From the NCBI GenBank assembly GCA_001179505.1, contig CDMY01000209.1, positions 1 to 64,000 on the forward strand: DNA of 64,000 bases, given 5' to 3'. Shown piece after piece: positions 37,998 through 51,000 of this stretch. How positions within the stretch are numbered: the stretch's first letter is position 1; every line of letters begins with the position of its first letter. The translations under genes and the position numbers were made by a program. The stretch is from Vitrella brassicaformis CCMP3155. Taxonomy: Eukaryota > Protista > Chromerida. Below the pieces are notes generated by a model, which worked only from the letters and a program-made list of their open reading frames with translations, ran no database searches and was not told where the DNA came from.

Positions 37998-38355
37998 AGA
38001 GTGTGGTGTGATGTGATGTGGTCACGACCGTGACAGTGACTCTGAGCAATTGCATGCACACATACATTGACGGGAATACGACCTGCGTCGGGTGCGTTTT
38101 TCGGTTGTTGACTTAACAGCAGCACCGACGGATAAATGGATGGATCGATGGATCTACGGGCGCATTCGTGTATATCATGCAGGGAATTGTCAGTCAATGT
38201 GTCCGCACAGGCAGGCATGGCCAGCTCGATATGGAGAGGCTTGCGTACATGCGTCCATGTGCGAACACACACACGAACGAATCACACAACCCAAAATCCA
38301 AATCCCAGAAACCAAAGGACAAAACCTCAACGATCCCTCTGGCTGGTCCTCATCT

Positions 38356-40239
38356 CTACTGCTTCGCCTTCTTGTGTCTGTTGACGAGCTCTCTGTAGAG
38401 CGCCATGACGGCCACCATGATGCCCAACATCGTAAGGTCGATCGCGTCACACACACTGACACTGACGCTGACGCCGGGCAACGCCACCTGTGTTGAACAG
38501 AGAGGGGACGACTGGGGCACGGCAAAGGAGAGCAGACCGCCGACAGCTATCGGCCACCATGGCCACTGCAGTGCACCACACAAGTACACAGATGGAGTTG
38601 GTGAGCATTGAATTAATTGCTGTGGTGTGATATTGTGTGTGGGTGGTACCATGTAGTTTTTGTGTATGCCGAGTCTGTCGGCGATGACTTCACAGCACAT
38701 GAGGGCGAACACCCACACCATCCGCAGAGGGCTGAACCCACAATACAACACCTGAATCCAGGAGGAACACACAGAGAGTCACTGTCCACCTTGTCCTGCT
38801 CGTGTGTGTGGGTGGATGGATGCGACTGACCATGGTTCCATATCCCACTAAAGGCAGCAGTAAATGCACGTGGCGAGCGCCGCCCAGAGCAAGCAACGCA
38901 CGAAGCACCCTGTGCACAGCAAAAAGGAAACAAACACTCAACACGCCAGCAAACACGCACGCCATCTGTGTGCCTGTCCGCTCACCTGACGGCGCTCACG
39001 AGGCAGAAGAGGAGCATGAGTATGACAAAGAAGTACCCCATGGTCAGCGACGGCTGGCCTTCGCTGAGGGGCAGCATCTCGTGCGCCACGAGCCACGAGA
39101 GGAGAGGCCTGGGTGGGAGGGGCAGGCGGAGCTCCCATATGAAGGGGAGGAAGCCACGCACGAAGCATATCCCCGGCATGTACAGGAAATTGAACTCATC
39201 AACCTGGTTGAAGGACCACACACACAGGTGCACAGGAGATTGAGGTCTATGTGTGGCGTGTCTTTTCTGTGACATACTGTGTAGTAGTCGGTGCCTTCGA
39301 CAACCGGCCCCAGCAAGATGCGGCCTAGCACATGGTGGCCCCAGTTACCTGAACCAGCACAGCACCACACACACAGAGACTTCCACCAGACAGACGTATT
39401 CTTCGCCCTCGCCATCTCACTCACCCAGGAAGATGGGCACTTGTGCGGCGAAGAGGACGAGGAAGCTCTGCCACCTCTGTGGCTGCGAGAAGGCCAGAGT
39501 GTGGCGCCACACGAACGTTGACAAGGCCACCACCACACTGTCGACGGCGTGGTCCAGGAACTCCCCACCGCGCGACGACTTGCCTGACCTTCGCGCCTGC
39601 TTACCTGCACAATCCACGCACACACGCACCCACGGTCGAATGCGCATCGCTCTCCCAGCGATTCGTGTGTGTGTTTGCTGACCATCCATATTATCAAACA
39701 CACTGTAGGTCATCCAGAGCAGCCCCATCAGCCCGTACAGCCACCTCTCCGGCCCGCAACACGTCAGCAGAGCACTCAGCGCGGCGCAGAGCAGCCCCAG
39801 CCAGCTGATGGTGTCGGGGTGCACCCACAGCGGCACGAACGTCTCGCATATGTGTGTGCAGAGTGGCGAGAGGAATGCATTGTAGAAGGGCGACGTGGCC
39901 GGCGGGGTGTACTGGTAGGGAGAGGGGGAGGGGGAGGGAGAGGGAGAAGGGGATTGTGATGTGGGATGTGGCTGAGGGGAACATGATTTGGATGACGTCG
40001 ATGAGCTGGATGCACCTGCAGGAGAAAGAACACACGTGATGATCTCGGATGGATGGATGGATGGTAACTCTTACCTAATGGATCAGCTGCCATACTGTCT
40101 GAACCTGACCTATGCACTTTGGGATGCGCAGATCTCTGGCGTATGCGAGCTTGACTGCGAGCTCATAGCAAGGCGCTGTCAAAAAACGCCTTCCATCCTG
40201 CCCGAATCTGTCGAGAATAGCACCTCCAAGACATCCCAT
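38356..40239 (-). CDS. CDP-alcohol phosphatidyltransferase (choline/ethanolamine phosphotransferase-like)
   Basis: Signature FDNMDG|KQARRSGKSSRGGEFLDHAVD; VPLWVHPDTISWLG; multiple TM exons. First exon (MGCLGG...) inferred from an in-phase splice. Confidence 0.9.
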
Positions 40240-40262
40240 GCGTTGATCTTCCCGCTGCTTCG

Positions 40263-42243
40263 ATGGCTGTCGCTGCCGCTGCTTCATCGGCGGCAGTGTC
40301 GGTGAAGGAGGAGCAGCCAGAGACCGTCCGATGCACCAACACACAGTGCCCGAACACCGCACTCACCAGGTCAGTGATCGATGGACAACAGCGGACCTCT
40401 GAGTGATTGATATGATTGAGTTGCATTGCGTGCGTGCATGTTTTACCTGTGTCGTGCAGGGATGAGGTGCGGACGGGCTGGCCGGACGAGCGGGGCGTGC
40501 CGGTGCCGCTGTGCGACAAGTGCGCAGATCTATACCAGAGGGACCAATACTGGTGGGTGAGCGGGGAGCGCTTCTGACGTGTGCGCCAATCTCGTCTTAT
40601 CTATCTCTGTTGTGCGTGTGTGTGTGCAGTCCCCATTGTATGCAGGTGTACGAGTCGTTTGACGAGGGTGCGCTCAACAACCCCTGGGTGGGATGCGACT
40701 TCTGCTCACGATGGGTACACAGGGAGTGCGAACGAAACGCACTCGACAAACGGTATGGATGACTCACGTGCACATCCATGCATGAACGGAAGATGCCCAT
40801 CTCTCCTTTTGTGCAATTGTGCATCTGTGTGGTGTGTCAGCCGTGCGATCAGCAACCCGTCGATGCACCACAACGCCTTCCTCCTCGTCTACAAGTGTCC
40901 CGCCTGTCGGCAGAAGCAGCACCACTACCAGCTCTCTCGCAGAGTCACACCCGCCATGCACCTCCTACCCACACAGGGACCAGCAGATCAGCAGCTGCCC
41001 TCGCCCTCACCCCTTCCAGCGCTACTCAAGCGGCTGCGCGTCCCCGCCTGCCTTAGGAGGGAGCTGCTGCGCGACCACGACCTGCAGCAGAGCAGACAGA
41101 CGCCGCCCTTTCCCGCGCTTGTGACGGCGGCAGAGATCCTGCAGAAGTTCGAGATGCATGCGCTGATGGGCGAGTCGAAGGGCGGGGGAGCGACGGCGGC
41201 CACTAACACAAACTCGGCAGCCAGCAAGGCGGCAGAGGAGACGAAAAACTATTGGAAGCAGCCTGTGGAGCCAAGTGAGAGGGAGAGGCCATCCGTCCAT
41301 CCGTCCACCCATTCACCCAATGCTTGTGTCTGTGTGCGTGCGGGTTCGTGTGCAGGTCCCCTTGACGCCCAGAACAGCGTGTCAGCCGCCCCCAATCTGA
41401 CCACGGGTGCGTCATCCGCCCCGTTCCCCGTCGCCCAGTCCCTCGCACAGGCTGCTGACCGCACCGCACCCACAGCCACAGCCACAGGGGAGGGCACCGA
41501 GCAGGCCGCCGTCACGGTGGCCGAGGACTTTGTGAGCGCGCTGACGTGGTACTTTAACACTTACTTCTTCACCCACCTGTGCACGGCCAGTGAGGTACCC
41601 TTCGTCACCGCCAAGATGGCAGAGGTGCAGACACGCGTGGCTGACAAACTTGCCAACAGGTGAGAGAGAAAGAGAGAGAGAGGCCAGAGAGAGAGAGAGA
41701 GAGAGACCCAAGAAAACAATGACGGTGGTCCATGGTTGTTGGTGTGTGTCGGTGTGTTTCTGTGCAGCGCGAGCAAGAGCCGCGCGTTCTCGAAGGAGGT
41801 GTTGCCTATCGACGTGGCGGGCGGGGTGCACCTGCTGCGGCTGTGCGTGTGCGTCCCCCGGTTCCTCGCACAGTCTCCCAAACCGCAACCGCCCTCCCCC
41901 TCACCCCTCACGCCACGAAAGAGGAAGCTCGACGGTGACGAGAGCTCCCTGGAGCCTGTGGATGAAGACCTCATGGCGCTGATCGACAAGTGAGGGGATG
42001 GACGCATGTGTCGGAGAGAGCCTTTGCGCATCCATTCATCCATTTGTGTGTGCGTGTTGTGTGTGGTGTGTGGCCAGGGTGAGCATGTTTCTGTCATGGT
42101 TTGACAAGCGGCGCAGCGAGCTGCTGGACCGGCACTACCAGTCGCTGGAGGAGGTCGACAAGATGACGGGCGTGGCGGGTGGAAGTGGGAGAGGGGGTGG
42201 GGTGAAGGAGGAGGGCATCAAGCAGGAGGGGCACACTGACTGA
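40263..42243 (+). CDS. PHD-finger protein (MLL/ATX-type PHD), multi-exon
   Basis: Spliced LCDKCADLYQRDQYCPHCMQVY...WVGCDFCSRWVHRECE...YKCPACR gives C4HC3; basic NLS-like PRKRK later. Confidence 0.85.
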
Positions 42244-42316
42244 CTGATGCGTGCTGCATTATAATGCAACATGCATCAGTCGGTCCTTCTTGTCCTTCTG
42301 CTTGATGCCCTCCTCC
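42207..42316. repeat. 110-nt imperfect palindrome / fold-back
   Basis: Perfect 19-bp outer arms (42207-42225 / 42298-42316), 9-bp inner arms (42242-42250 / 42273-42281) and 14-bp palindrome TGCATTATAATGCA (42255-42268), all centred on 42261/42262. Confidence 0.95.
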
Positions 42317-45300
42317 ATGTATGGCAGACAATTGACGAGTGTGTTCGAATGGATGCGTATGTGATCGACTCTGTCAGTCACGAATTGTCCTTGCATCCAT
42401 CGATCCATCGATTTGTCACACGGACGAGAATCGGGTCCATCCAACACCAGACAACACACAAGAGATGGGAAGACAGAGAGAGGGAGAGGCTGACCGACCA
42501 CAATACCACAACACACACCACCACAGCACTCTCTCACGCGGACGTTGGCAGAAGGCGTGCATGGTGCATCAAAAGCATAGGCAGACAGACAGACAGACCC
42601 GCAGGTACGTACGTAACGACACTAACACCGACACCGACAAGGCCACCATCATCACAGCCACCAAAAAAGATGTGAGCACCGACGGACAACCCCACGACGA
42701 GCGAGGCCAACACACAACCAACACCAGACAGCCAAAATTGCGACGGGTGGGATTCACTCCCACCCCACACAGATGCAACCACCCACACAGCATGCTCCAC
42801 ATTCTCATGGTCCATCCACGTGATATGCCCATCCATGTGTGTGGCCTGCCTGCCTACTAAACCTAAAAACGGAGCACCGACAGACAGAGAGGCAGCCAAG
42901 AGAGAAAAACAGATGTGTATTTGTGGCGAAGTGTGGTGGAATGGATCGAACAGAGAGTAGAGGGAACATCCTTGTCGCCCCGACAATCCCTCAGGACGGC
43001 TGTGTGCGTACTTACGATGGATGTGTGTGAGTGAATGAATGAATGAATGAAGTGACATGTCTGTCTGTGTGTGGAATGTGTGTCCTTAAGCCTCCCCCTC
43101 CCCCTCTCTCTCTCTTACACACGGCTCTCTCCTCCCCCGCATCCAGCAGCCCGCCCACCACACCACCCCCATTTTCTTTGCCTCCACCATTCAGGCATTG
43201 AAGCAAGCTGGTCGTCACACACGCAGACTCTCTCACCCACACACAGACACGGACACGCACACGCACACGCAGCCACAGAAATGAGTACGCACACAAGCAG
43301 GCAGGCAGGCAGCGAGTCAGTCAGTCAGTTACGCAGCTGTCACTGCGTAAATTGGTCCATCCGTCCCATCCACCTTGCTTACATCCAACCAAGACAACGG
43401 GCTCATCCTTCCGTGTGCCTGGCTGTCAGTCAGTCAGGCAGGCGGCCGAACAGATGGCCGCACGTCGCCCGCCGTCTATTGTACGATCCACCCCACACAC
43501 CAGCCCAGCCATCATCCCGCGATCCATAAGAATTTCCCATATCCACTTTGCTTGCCTTGCTCCCTCAACCGCCCGCCCGCCCGTCCCCCCCCTGCCGCAG
43601 CGGCTGGCTAAGCAGGCCGCCCGCGTGTGAGAAAAAAGGTGAGATAGTGGTGAGTAGTTGTGTCGGCTGCACCATGGATGCGTGTACGTGTGTCGACGTC
43701 GGGTGCGGATCAGCGCGCGATCCGTACGCATGAATGAATGCAGATGAGGTAGAAGAGAGAGAGTCGTATGTGTGTACGTATGTATGTATGTGTGTACGTA
43801 TGTGTGTACGTATGTATGTATGTAATGTGTGCAATGCGCAAGTAGTGTGTCGGTCGATCCGTCTGGCTATCCATCTATCTATCCATAGGTGGCAGGCAGG
43901 CAGGCAGGCAGGCAGGTCGCCAAGCCGCCCGCCAGCCGGTATCCTCCCTGCCCTGGGCTGCCCTCCTCTTCTCCCATTCCGCTGTGTCCACGCCATCGAT
44001 TCGGATGGGATGGGTCACAGGGGAACACCACAGCACAACCAACACAACACAACACAACACAGGCACCCAGCCACCCAGCCAACAGGCCCGTGCCGCCAGG
44101 GCAACACCCCACAGGCCAAAAAGAGTCACACACACCACACACACCAGATACACAGACGGCACGACCGTCGTCCGTTTACGGAATGTGATTGATCGCACAA
44201 TCAGCCAGCCAGCCAGCCAGTCGGAATGGTGGAGAGCGAGGTGGCGTCCATCCACTCGCTGTGTGCACGAGACGACAGTGCATCCATCCATCCATCCATT
44301 CATCCATTCGTCGCTGTGGTCGTGATTTCCGTGAGGTAGTCAGGCAGGCAGGCAGTCGGGCAGACGAGGGCCCCGCTAGTCCGTAGCGCAGGCTCTCGCC
44401 TGACTCACACACACACACACACAAACACAGCCAGCCAGCCCATCTTAAACCAATCCCCTTGCGTGTTGAAGCCAACCCGTTTCCCCCATCCCGTCCCCCC
44501 AACCACACACACAGGCGAACACACATGCTCCCCCGCTGACCAAAAGGCCGAGCAAAACGAAGTTGCCTTGCTCCTTTGTTGTTTGCTCTTTTGGTCTTGC
44601 GGTCGTTGGTAGGGAAGAAAGGCAATCGATTTCAATGAACCGAGGAACCACAACCACGACGAACGCGCACACACAGAAACACACATCCCACAGGCAGGCA
44701 GTTTTGTATGTGTACATGTGAATGAGTATGAGTATGGGTATTCCCAATCAATCAAGCAATCAATCAACATGTGAATGCAATAAAAGCACCAGAGGCAGCA
44801 AAAGGAAAGAAAAATTCCATCTCGCACCGCACCGCCCCGCCAGCCGATGACAGACCGACCGACCGACCGACGGACAGACGGGCAAGTGGGCCACATGGAT
44901 TCCATTGAGGTACACAAACACACCGGGCGAATGAATGAATGGACGAAGGAGGGATACCAACGCAAACAAACAAATGTGGATGAAATCTGGATGCATCATA
45001 ACACCGGAATACATAGTAGGTATACAGCTAGGTAGCGGGCTGGGCAGACGAACGAACGGACGAACCAACCAACCAAGAGACGGGGCCATGATCTCTCTCT
45101 CGCAATACGGTCCACCACTACACAGCCAGACAACGACGCACCAGCCAGCCAACGAATGGACGGACGCGCCCACACACCACACCACAGCACACTACACATC
45201 GGTTGCTCTCTCTCCCCATTTCAAAATATCATTTCATGGGCACGTGACGCACCCACAGACGCACACATGGCATGGATGAGTATGGAGTATTGCAGGCAAG

Positions 45301-46986
45301 CATGGAAACAAGCCGGCAGCTGAGTTGGCCCCCGCCCCCATTCCGTCGCTCTCTCTCTCGCGTAGCAGCCAGAAGCCGACACTAATTGAGAAAACACGCA
45401 CACACATATGCACACACACTCGCGACGTACGGGACGCAGGACACGGACAGATGCCCTTGGACAGACAGAGAGGGCACGTGCGCGTGTGTGTGCGCGTGCG
45501 GGTGTGTTGTATGCATGTTCGCAGCCAGATGAGAGCAATCAAGGCAAGGCAGCGCGAGCGAGGTGACGAACTCAGCCAGCGAGTATGTGATGGTGTGCGT
45601 CAGCCAGATTGGGAGGAGGGGCATGGTGTGTTGGTCGCATTGCAACCTCTATCTCAGATCGACATGATCAGATAGATAGACAGACGGCCGCACCAACAGA
45701 CAGAGTGAATGGATGTGGTGTGGTGTGGTGTAGTGTGGTGTGGTGTGATGTGATGACATGATGAAAAAATCCCCACAAATACGCAGCACCGCCCGCTCTC
45801 TGTCCCTGCCAGTGTTGGGCAGCGATGAATCCTCCAGCCAGCCAGCCAGCCGGACAGATGCACAGATGAAGGTACGCAGTGGATGGCATGTGGTTGGTTG
45901 GTTGCTTGCTTCAGGTAGCCAGCCAGTTACTAAGTGGTGAACAAAGAGATACGAAGGACCAAGGAACGAACGGACGGGTAAAGGACGGCACGGCCGGTTG
46001 GCTGCTTGAAAACGCACTCACTCAGTTGCCTAGAAGCGTCGCATCACACCACACTTACACCACACCACACAACGACACGCTCTCTCTCTCTCTCTCTCTG
46101 TGTATCCTCTATCTCGGCACACACACACACACACACACACAATGCCCAGCTGCCCAGCCAGCAGGCAGGCAGGCAGGTATGCGAAATGAATGCGAGGCAG
46201 TGAGTGAATGAGTGAGTGAGCCAGGTTAAATACCGACAGAAGAAGTGTGATCATTCATTCATCCGCGTGTGTCCCGACGCACCCACCCAGCCACATACCC
46301 ACACGAGGAAGCACGTGTACCGACCACGAAAGCACTTGACAACGACCAACGAGAGGCGATTGAGGCATCCATAGCATTCCTTGGATTCGCTCGTCCGTGT
46401 GAGGGAGTTGACAACTCCTGGACCAGCGAACAAACAGCAGAGAGGTAGGGAGACAAAGGAGGGGCCAGGCAAGAGAGCGAGTGACGCATCCAGGCGGCCA
46501 CTGTTCCATCCATCTCTTATCCATCCAGAGCACAAAGCCGGGAAAGCCGGGAAAGCCAGGTAAGGCAGGTAAGCCACGTTAGGAAGGAGGTCATCAGGAC
46601 ATACACCAACAAGACAGACAGACAGACGCAGGCAAGGCAAGGCAAGGCACCACACAGCAGCTCTCTTCAACACGCGGACGAGACACGGAAGAGTGGCTAG
46701 AGCGATGGGTGGGGTGGGATGGGGTGGGTGGCATGGACCATCATCTAGTCGCTCTCTCTCTCTCCCTCTCACACACACACACACACACTGACACACACAG
46801 TGAGGGATACACAGACAGGCAGGCAGACACAAGGGCGAGAAAGGGATGGTACAAAAAAAGGCAGACTGGCTGCTGGGCCGCCCCACCACACACCACATAC
46901 CCGTGCACTTAGACATTCACGCATACACACATACAGATGTAGAGAAGTCTCTCCTGGCAGCCACACCGCACCACGACAGGCACCGC

Positions 46987-49900
46987 CTATGTGGTTGCGG
47001 TTTGGCTGTGGTGGTGTATGTCTGGCGGCAGCAGGTTCAGGTTGTTGAGATAAAGCTCCTCCAAACCATCAAACGGACCACAGTCATACTGACACACAAC
47101 ACGCACACGACACACGCTCCTTGGGTGTGGAGCAGGGGGCTGGTCTGAGTGGGTGTCTCACCTCGCTACAGCTGCTGCCGGTGCTGGTGTGTCCCATCTG
47201 GAGGGCCTTGGAGAACACGAGGCCCCGACGGCCGTACTTGAGGTCCAGCACTTGCGAAAACAGATAATCCAAATAAGCACCTGAACCACACACACACACA
47301 CACACCTGACGTACGCACGCGGACAGGTCGATCTCATCATCGTTGCCTGCCTCTCAGGTACCCACCCGATTTGGCCAGTTTGTCACACGATGCAGTGACG
47401 GTAACTGACCCAGCCTCCGGGAAGATCCCCACCACCCCCCGGCACTCCACTGACGACAGCTCTCCCCTCACACGATCTCTCACACCCTCCTGATGCCGCT
47501 GCTCCCCTCTACCACTATCACCACTACTGCTACTGTTATGCTGCTGCTGCTGCTGTGACGGCCTGGTCGTGCCCTTCTGCCTGGCGAGCAGTGCCTCCCA
47601 TCTCTCCGGCTGACAGTCGGACCTCTTGGCCCCAAAACCCACGCCCATGCTCATCCGACCCCCACTGATGCCGCTATTGCTGTTGCTGTTGCCGATGGAT
47701 GTGCTATCGGGGCTCGATGAAGCCGTGCTCACGCTCGCCTGGTCTGCCGTGGACTGCGGCCTGCCCGTTGCGGACGCCGATGCCGATGCTGGTGTTGGTG
47801 CGCGGTGTGGATGGGCTGGCAGTGGGTGGGGGCTGACCCTGCTCGCTGGGCCGGCGCCTCTCTCCGCCTCGCCAGCGTATTGCGTGCTGGGGGGGCTGGG
47901 GGGCGCCTTGTACAGCAGGGAGGGTGAAAAATCTGGGGGCGGGGGGATCGCGGCCGTGTGATTGGTGGCCATGGTAGTGGTGCAGAGGGTACCCGGCGCC
48001 GGGGGCAGCGGCACACCACCACCGCCCCCTGCCGTCCGGTCGACCGACCCCCACACGTCGTGCACCTCGTGCTCGTCTTCATCCACCGACGAGATGGTGG
48101 AGGGGTCATGCGCGTGGCTGGCGAGGGAGGGGGGAGTCGGGCCAGGCAGCCCCCCTCCCGGCGGCCGATCCGACCCTGGCAGCGATAACGATCGCGTGAG
48201 GAACAGCGGGGCGCACCCCGGTCTGCCCAGTGTGGTCCTGAAGGCCTCGGTCAGCGGGGCCTGGGCACTCGTCGACCCACCACCAGACATGTCCGGCGCC
48301 GCAGACTCACCCTGGGGAGTGGCCGGGGCGGTCGTGCTCGCGTGGCTGCGAGGGCCGGTGGTCGTTGACGGGGTGCGCACTGACACGGACGTGTATGACG
48401 AGATGCTGCATCCTGGTCTGGGGGGCAGGACGGCTCTCTGCCGGGTCTGGTCGTGGTCGCCTGCTGCCTTCGAGCTTTCGTCGATGGTGTTGTCGCGCGG
48501 GCAGTCGGCTGATTTGCCTCCTGTCCCTGTCGCTGGTAGTTGCTGTGGTGGTGGTGGTGGCGGTGGTGGTGGTGTTGGCCCCCCTCTGTGCTGTGTCTGT
48601 GTCTGTGTCTGCTGGGCGGGGGAGCTCTCATGGCTGTGCGCGGGGGGCTGGGACGACGAAGTGGCGGGGGCACCATCGCTCTCGGGCCGAGACACTGGAG
48701 ACGTCACTGCACAAACAAACAAACAAATTAACACATCAAAGGAGCAATGCCTCCGCATCTGCCCTCTCTCTCTCTCTCTCTCTCTTGTCGTTCCTCACCT
48801 TTGCTGTCTTTGCCGGTGACGTTGGTGTGTTTGGTCTTGTCCAGGAACTGCCAGTAGTGGAACGACACATTGGAATGGCCGTTGGAGAAGGCCGACAAAG
48901 GAGTCCCCGTGCGACTACCACTGCCTCCATCTGCACACACACATGGTTCTCATCATGACCAGCGCATCAATGATCATTTGGTGCTCCTTCCCTTCCCCTA
49001 CTTACCGGTGTTCCCTCCCTCGTTGGGTGCCGCTGATGACCCCGGGAAGAGAGCAGGGTTGGAGGCGCGCAGCACGCGTGAAGGGACGAGCTCCACACAC
49101 TGCTCGTTCTCCGGGGGCGAGTAGGAAGTGTCGTGCACTATCACGTGGCGGCCACCGTGGCTGCGTGGATGAACAGTGAGTGGCATGGCGTGCGAAAAGG
49201 AAGGTGCTCGGTAGGTGATCTGTGCAGGCGGTGTGTGTGTGGTTGGTGCGTACCGGTATAGTCTGCAGACGTCCTGGCACTTCTCCACGAGCATGTCGCT
49301 CAGCTTGGTGTACCCAAACATGACGGGATTCAACACCTGGCCGTACCTGAACGACACGACCGGCCATCGCGCTCCATTGCCGAAGACGGTCTGGCGTGTG
49401 TGTGTTTAGGCGTACATGTGCGAGAACTTGTATTTGAGTTGCGAGAGCAGGACTTCCCTGTTGTTCTCGGCCAGCAGCTTGCGCATCTTCTGCTTGACCT
49501 CGTCCACACTGGTGACGGCAGGTCTGTTGTCCTGCGACTCGTTGAGGAATATGGCGCTCACGAGGCCCTTGCAGGTGGCCACCGGCTGCAGCACGTCGTT
49601 CTCGTACGCTACCAAACCCTGCGATATGGCTAGCTGCACGATGTGCGACAGCTGACCCAACGTGTAGTACCTGAACCATCCACACAACATACAGCGCACA
49701 TACCAATGATTATCACCAAGGTATGCGCGTGAGGCCGCGTACCGCAGACAGACAGGCCCGTCGGCCTTGAGTTTTTTGGCCATCCCGTATCTGCCGCCGC
49801 GGAACTCATACTGCTCCGCACACCCGCTACCCACACTGGCGTCGTCATGACCACCACACACACTCCCCGCTGTGGACCCGTTGTTGTTGGTCCCGCCAAC

Positions 49901-50837
49901 AGCACCGCTACCACCACCGCCACCACCACCACGCGAACTCGCCGACATGGGCGGCTGGGCGCTTTGCGCGTCAGGCGAGGCTATGGGGAGGGGCGGGGTC
50001 GGCGGGGGGTTGATGCTGAGACTGTCCTGCGTGCCAGCTGTCACCTGAGTCGCCTGCTGCTGCTGCTGCTGCTGTTGCTGCTTGGGTGTGCAGCGAATGA
50101 GCTGCTGCAGGTACTCGTTGACGGCTCGCCACACGTGCATGGGGTAGGGGTTGTGCGGGTCCTTGGGGTCCACCCAACCCTTGAACCAGCCTGCACACAG
50201 AGAGAGGAACAGACGCGTAAGTGGCCCCATCTCTGCCTCCCTGTGTGTGTCAGTGTTGTTTTGGTGGCGGTGATCTGTCTGTCTGTCTGTCTGTCTTACG
50301 TGGTGTCTGTTTGAAGTACATGACCGTCTTGGCCTTCAGGTTTCGCTCCACCACATATTGGTCGGGCATGGCCGAGTAAAAGGCCACAAAGTTGGACTCC
50401 AACGTAGACGAACAATTCAACTCTGCACACACCGCACACAGCACGACACACACACACAGACACGTGGATGATTCCTTTTGCATACAGCGGAACAGGCCTG
50501 TCTGCAGATGCACAAACTTCCGGCTGGCCATTTCGCCCGTCATATTCCCCTGCCTGTCTGAGTCTATGTGCGCGTCTGTGTCTGTCCGTGTCCACTGCTC
50601 CACCCAACTCAGCTCAGGTCAGCAAGCACACTCACCCTGCAGTCTGTGTTTGACTTCGAGCTGGTAGGGTCTGATTTGGTCCTTGTACAGCGTGAGTATG
50701 GCCAGATTGAGCAGGAACTTCTCCTCGTTGCTCAGCTGCTGGCACGCGGTGCTCGATGAGGCCTTCGAGGCCGCCGCCACCCCTCCTGCACTCGCCGGGG
50801 GAAACATTGACGACGGAGCGGTGTCGCCTGTTGGCAT
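46987..50837 (-). CDS. OST-HTH/LOTUS (with OST-HTH-associated region) protein with a long low-complexity C-terminal half
   Basis: LAILTLYKDQIRPYQLEVKHRL; GWVDPKDPHNPYP; YEFRGGRYGMAKKLK; YTLGQLSHIVQLAI; LOTUS VLLSQLKYKFSHMY..LNPVMFGYTKLSDML; Pro/Ser-rich exon ~47350-48700. Confidence 0.8.
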
Positions 50838-51000
50838 CACGACCTCGGGAGCCTCGCCACAGAAAACATGTCAAGCTCGCAAGCTTAGCTCGCAGATCGC
50901 CTGCAACGACCAGAGAAATGGGTCCCACACGGCGCCTGGCATCAGCGATGGGCACTGATGCCAACATCGAGGACCATTTTCCGTAGATCTGCTGCCGATC

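Noticed and set aside
47340-47370. GC donor in the LOTUS gene (AGAG|GCAGGC)
   Set aside because: An in-phase canonical GTGGGT donor lies a few codons upstream.
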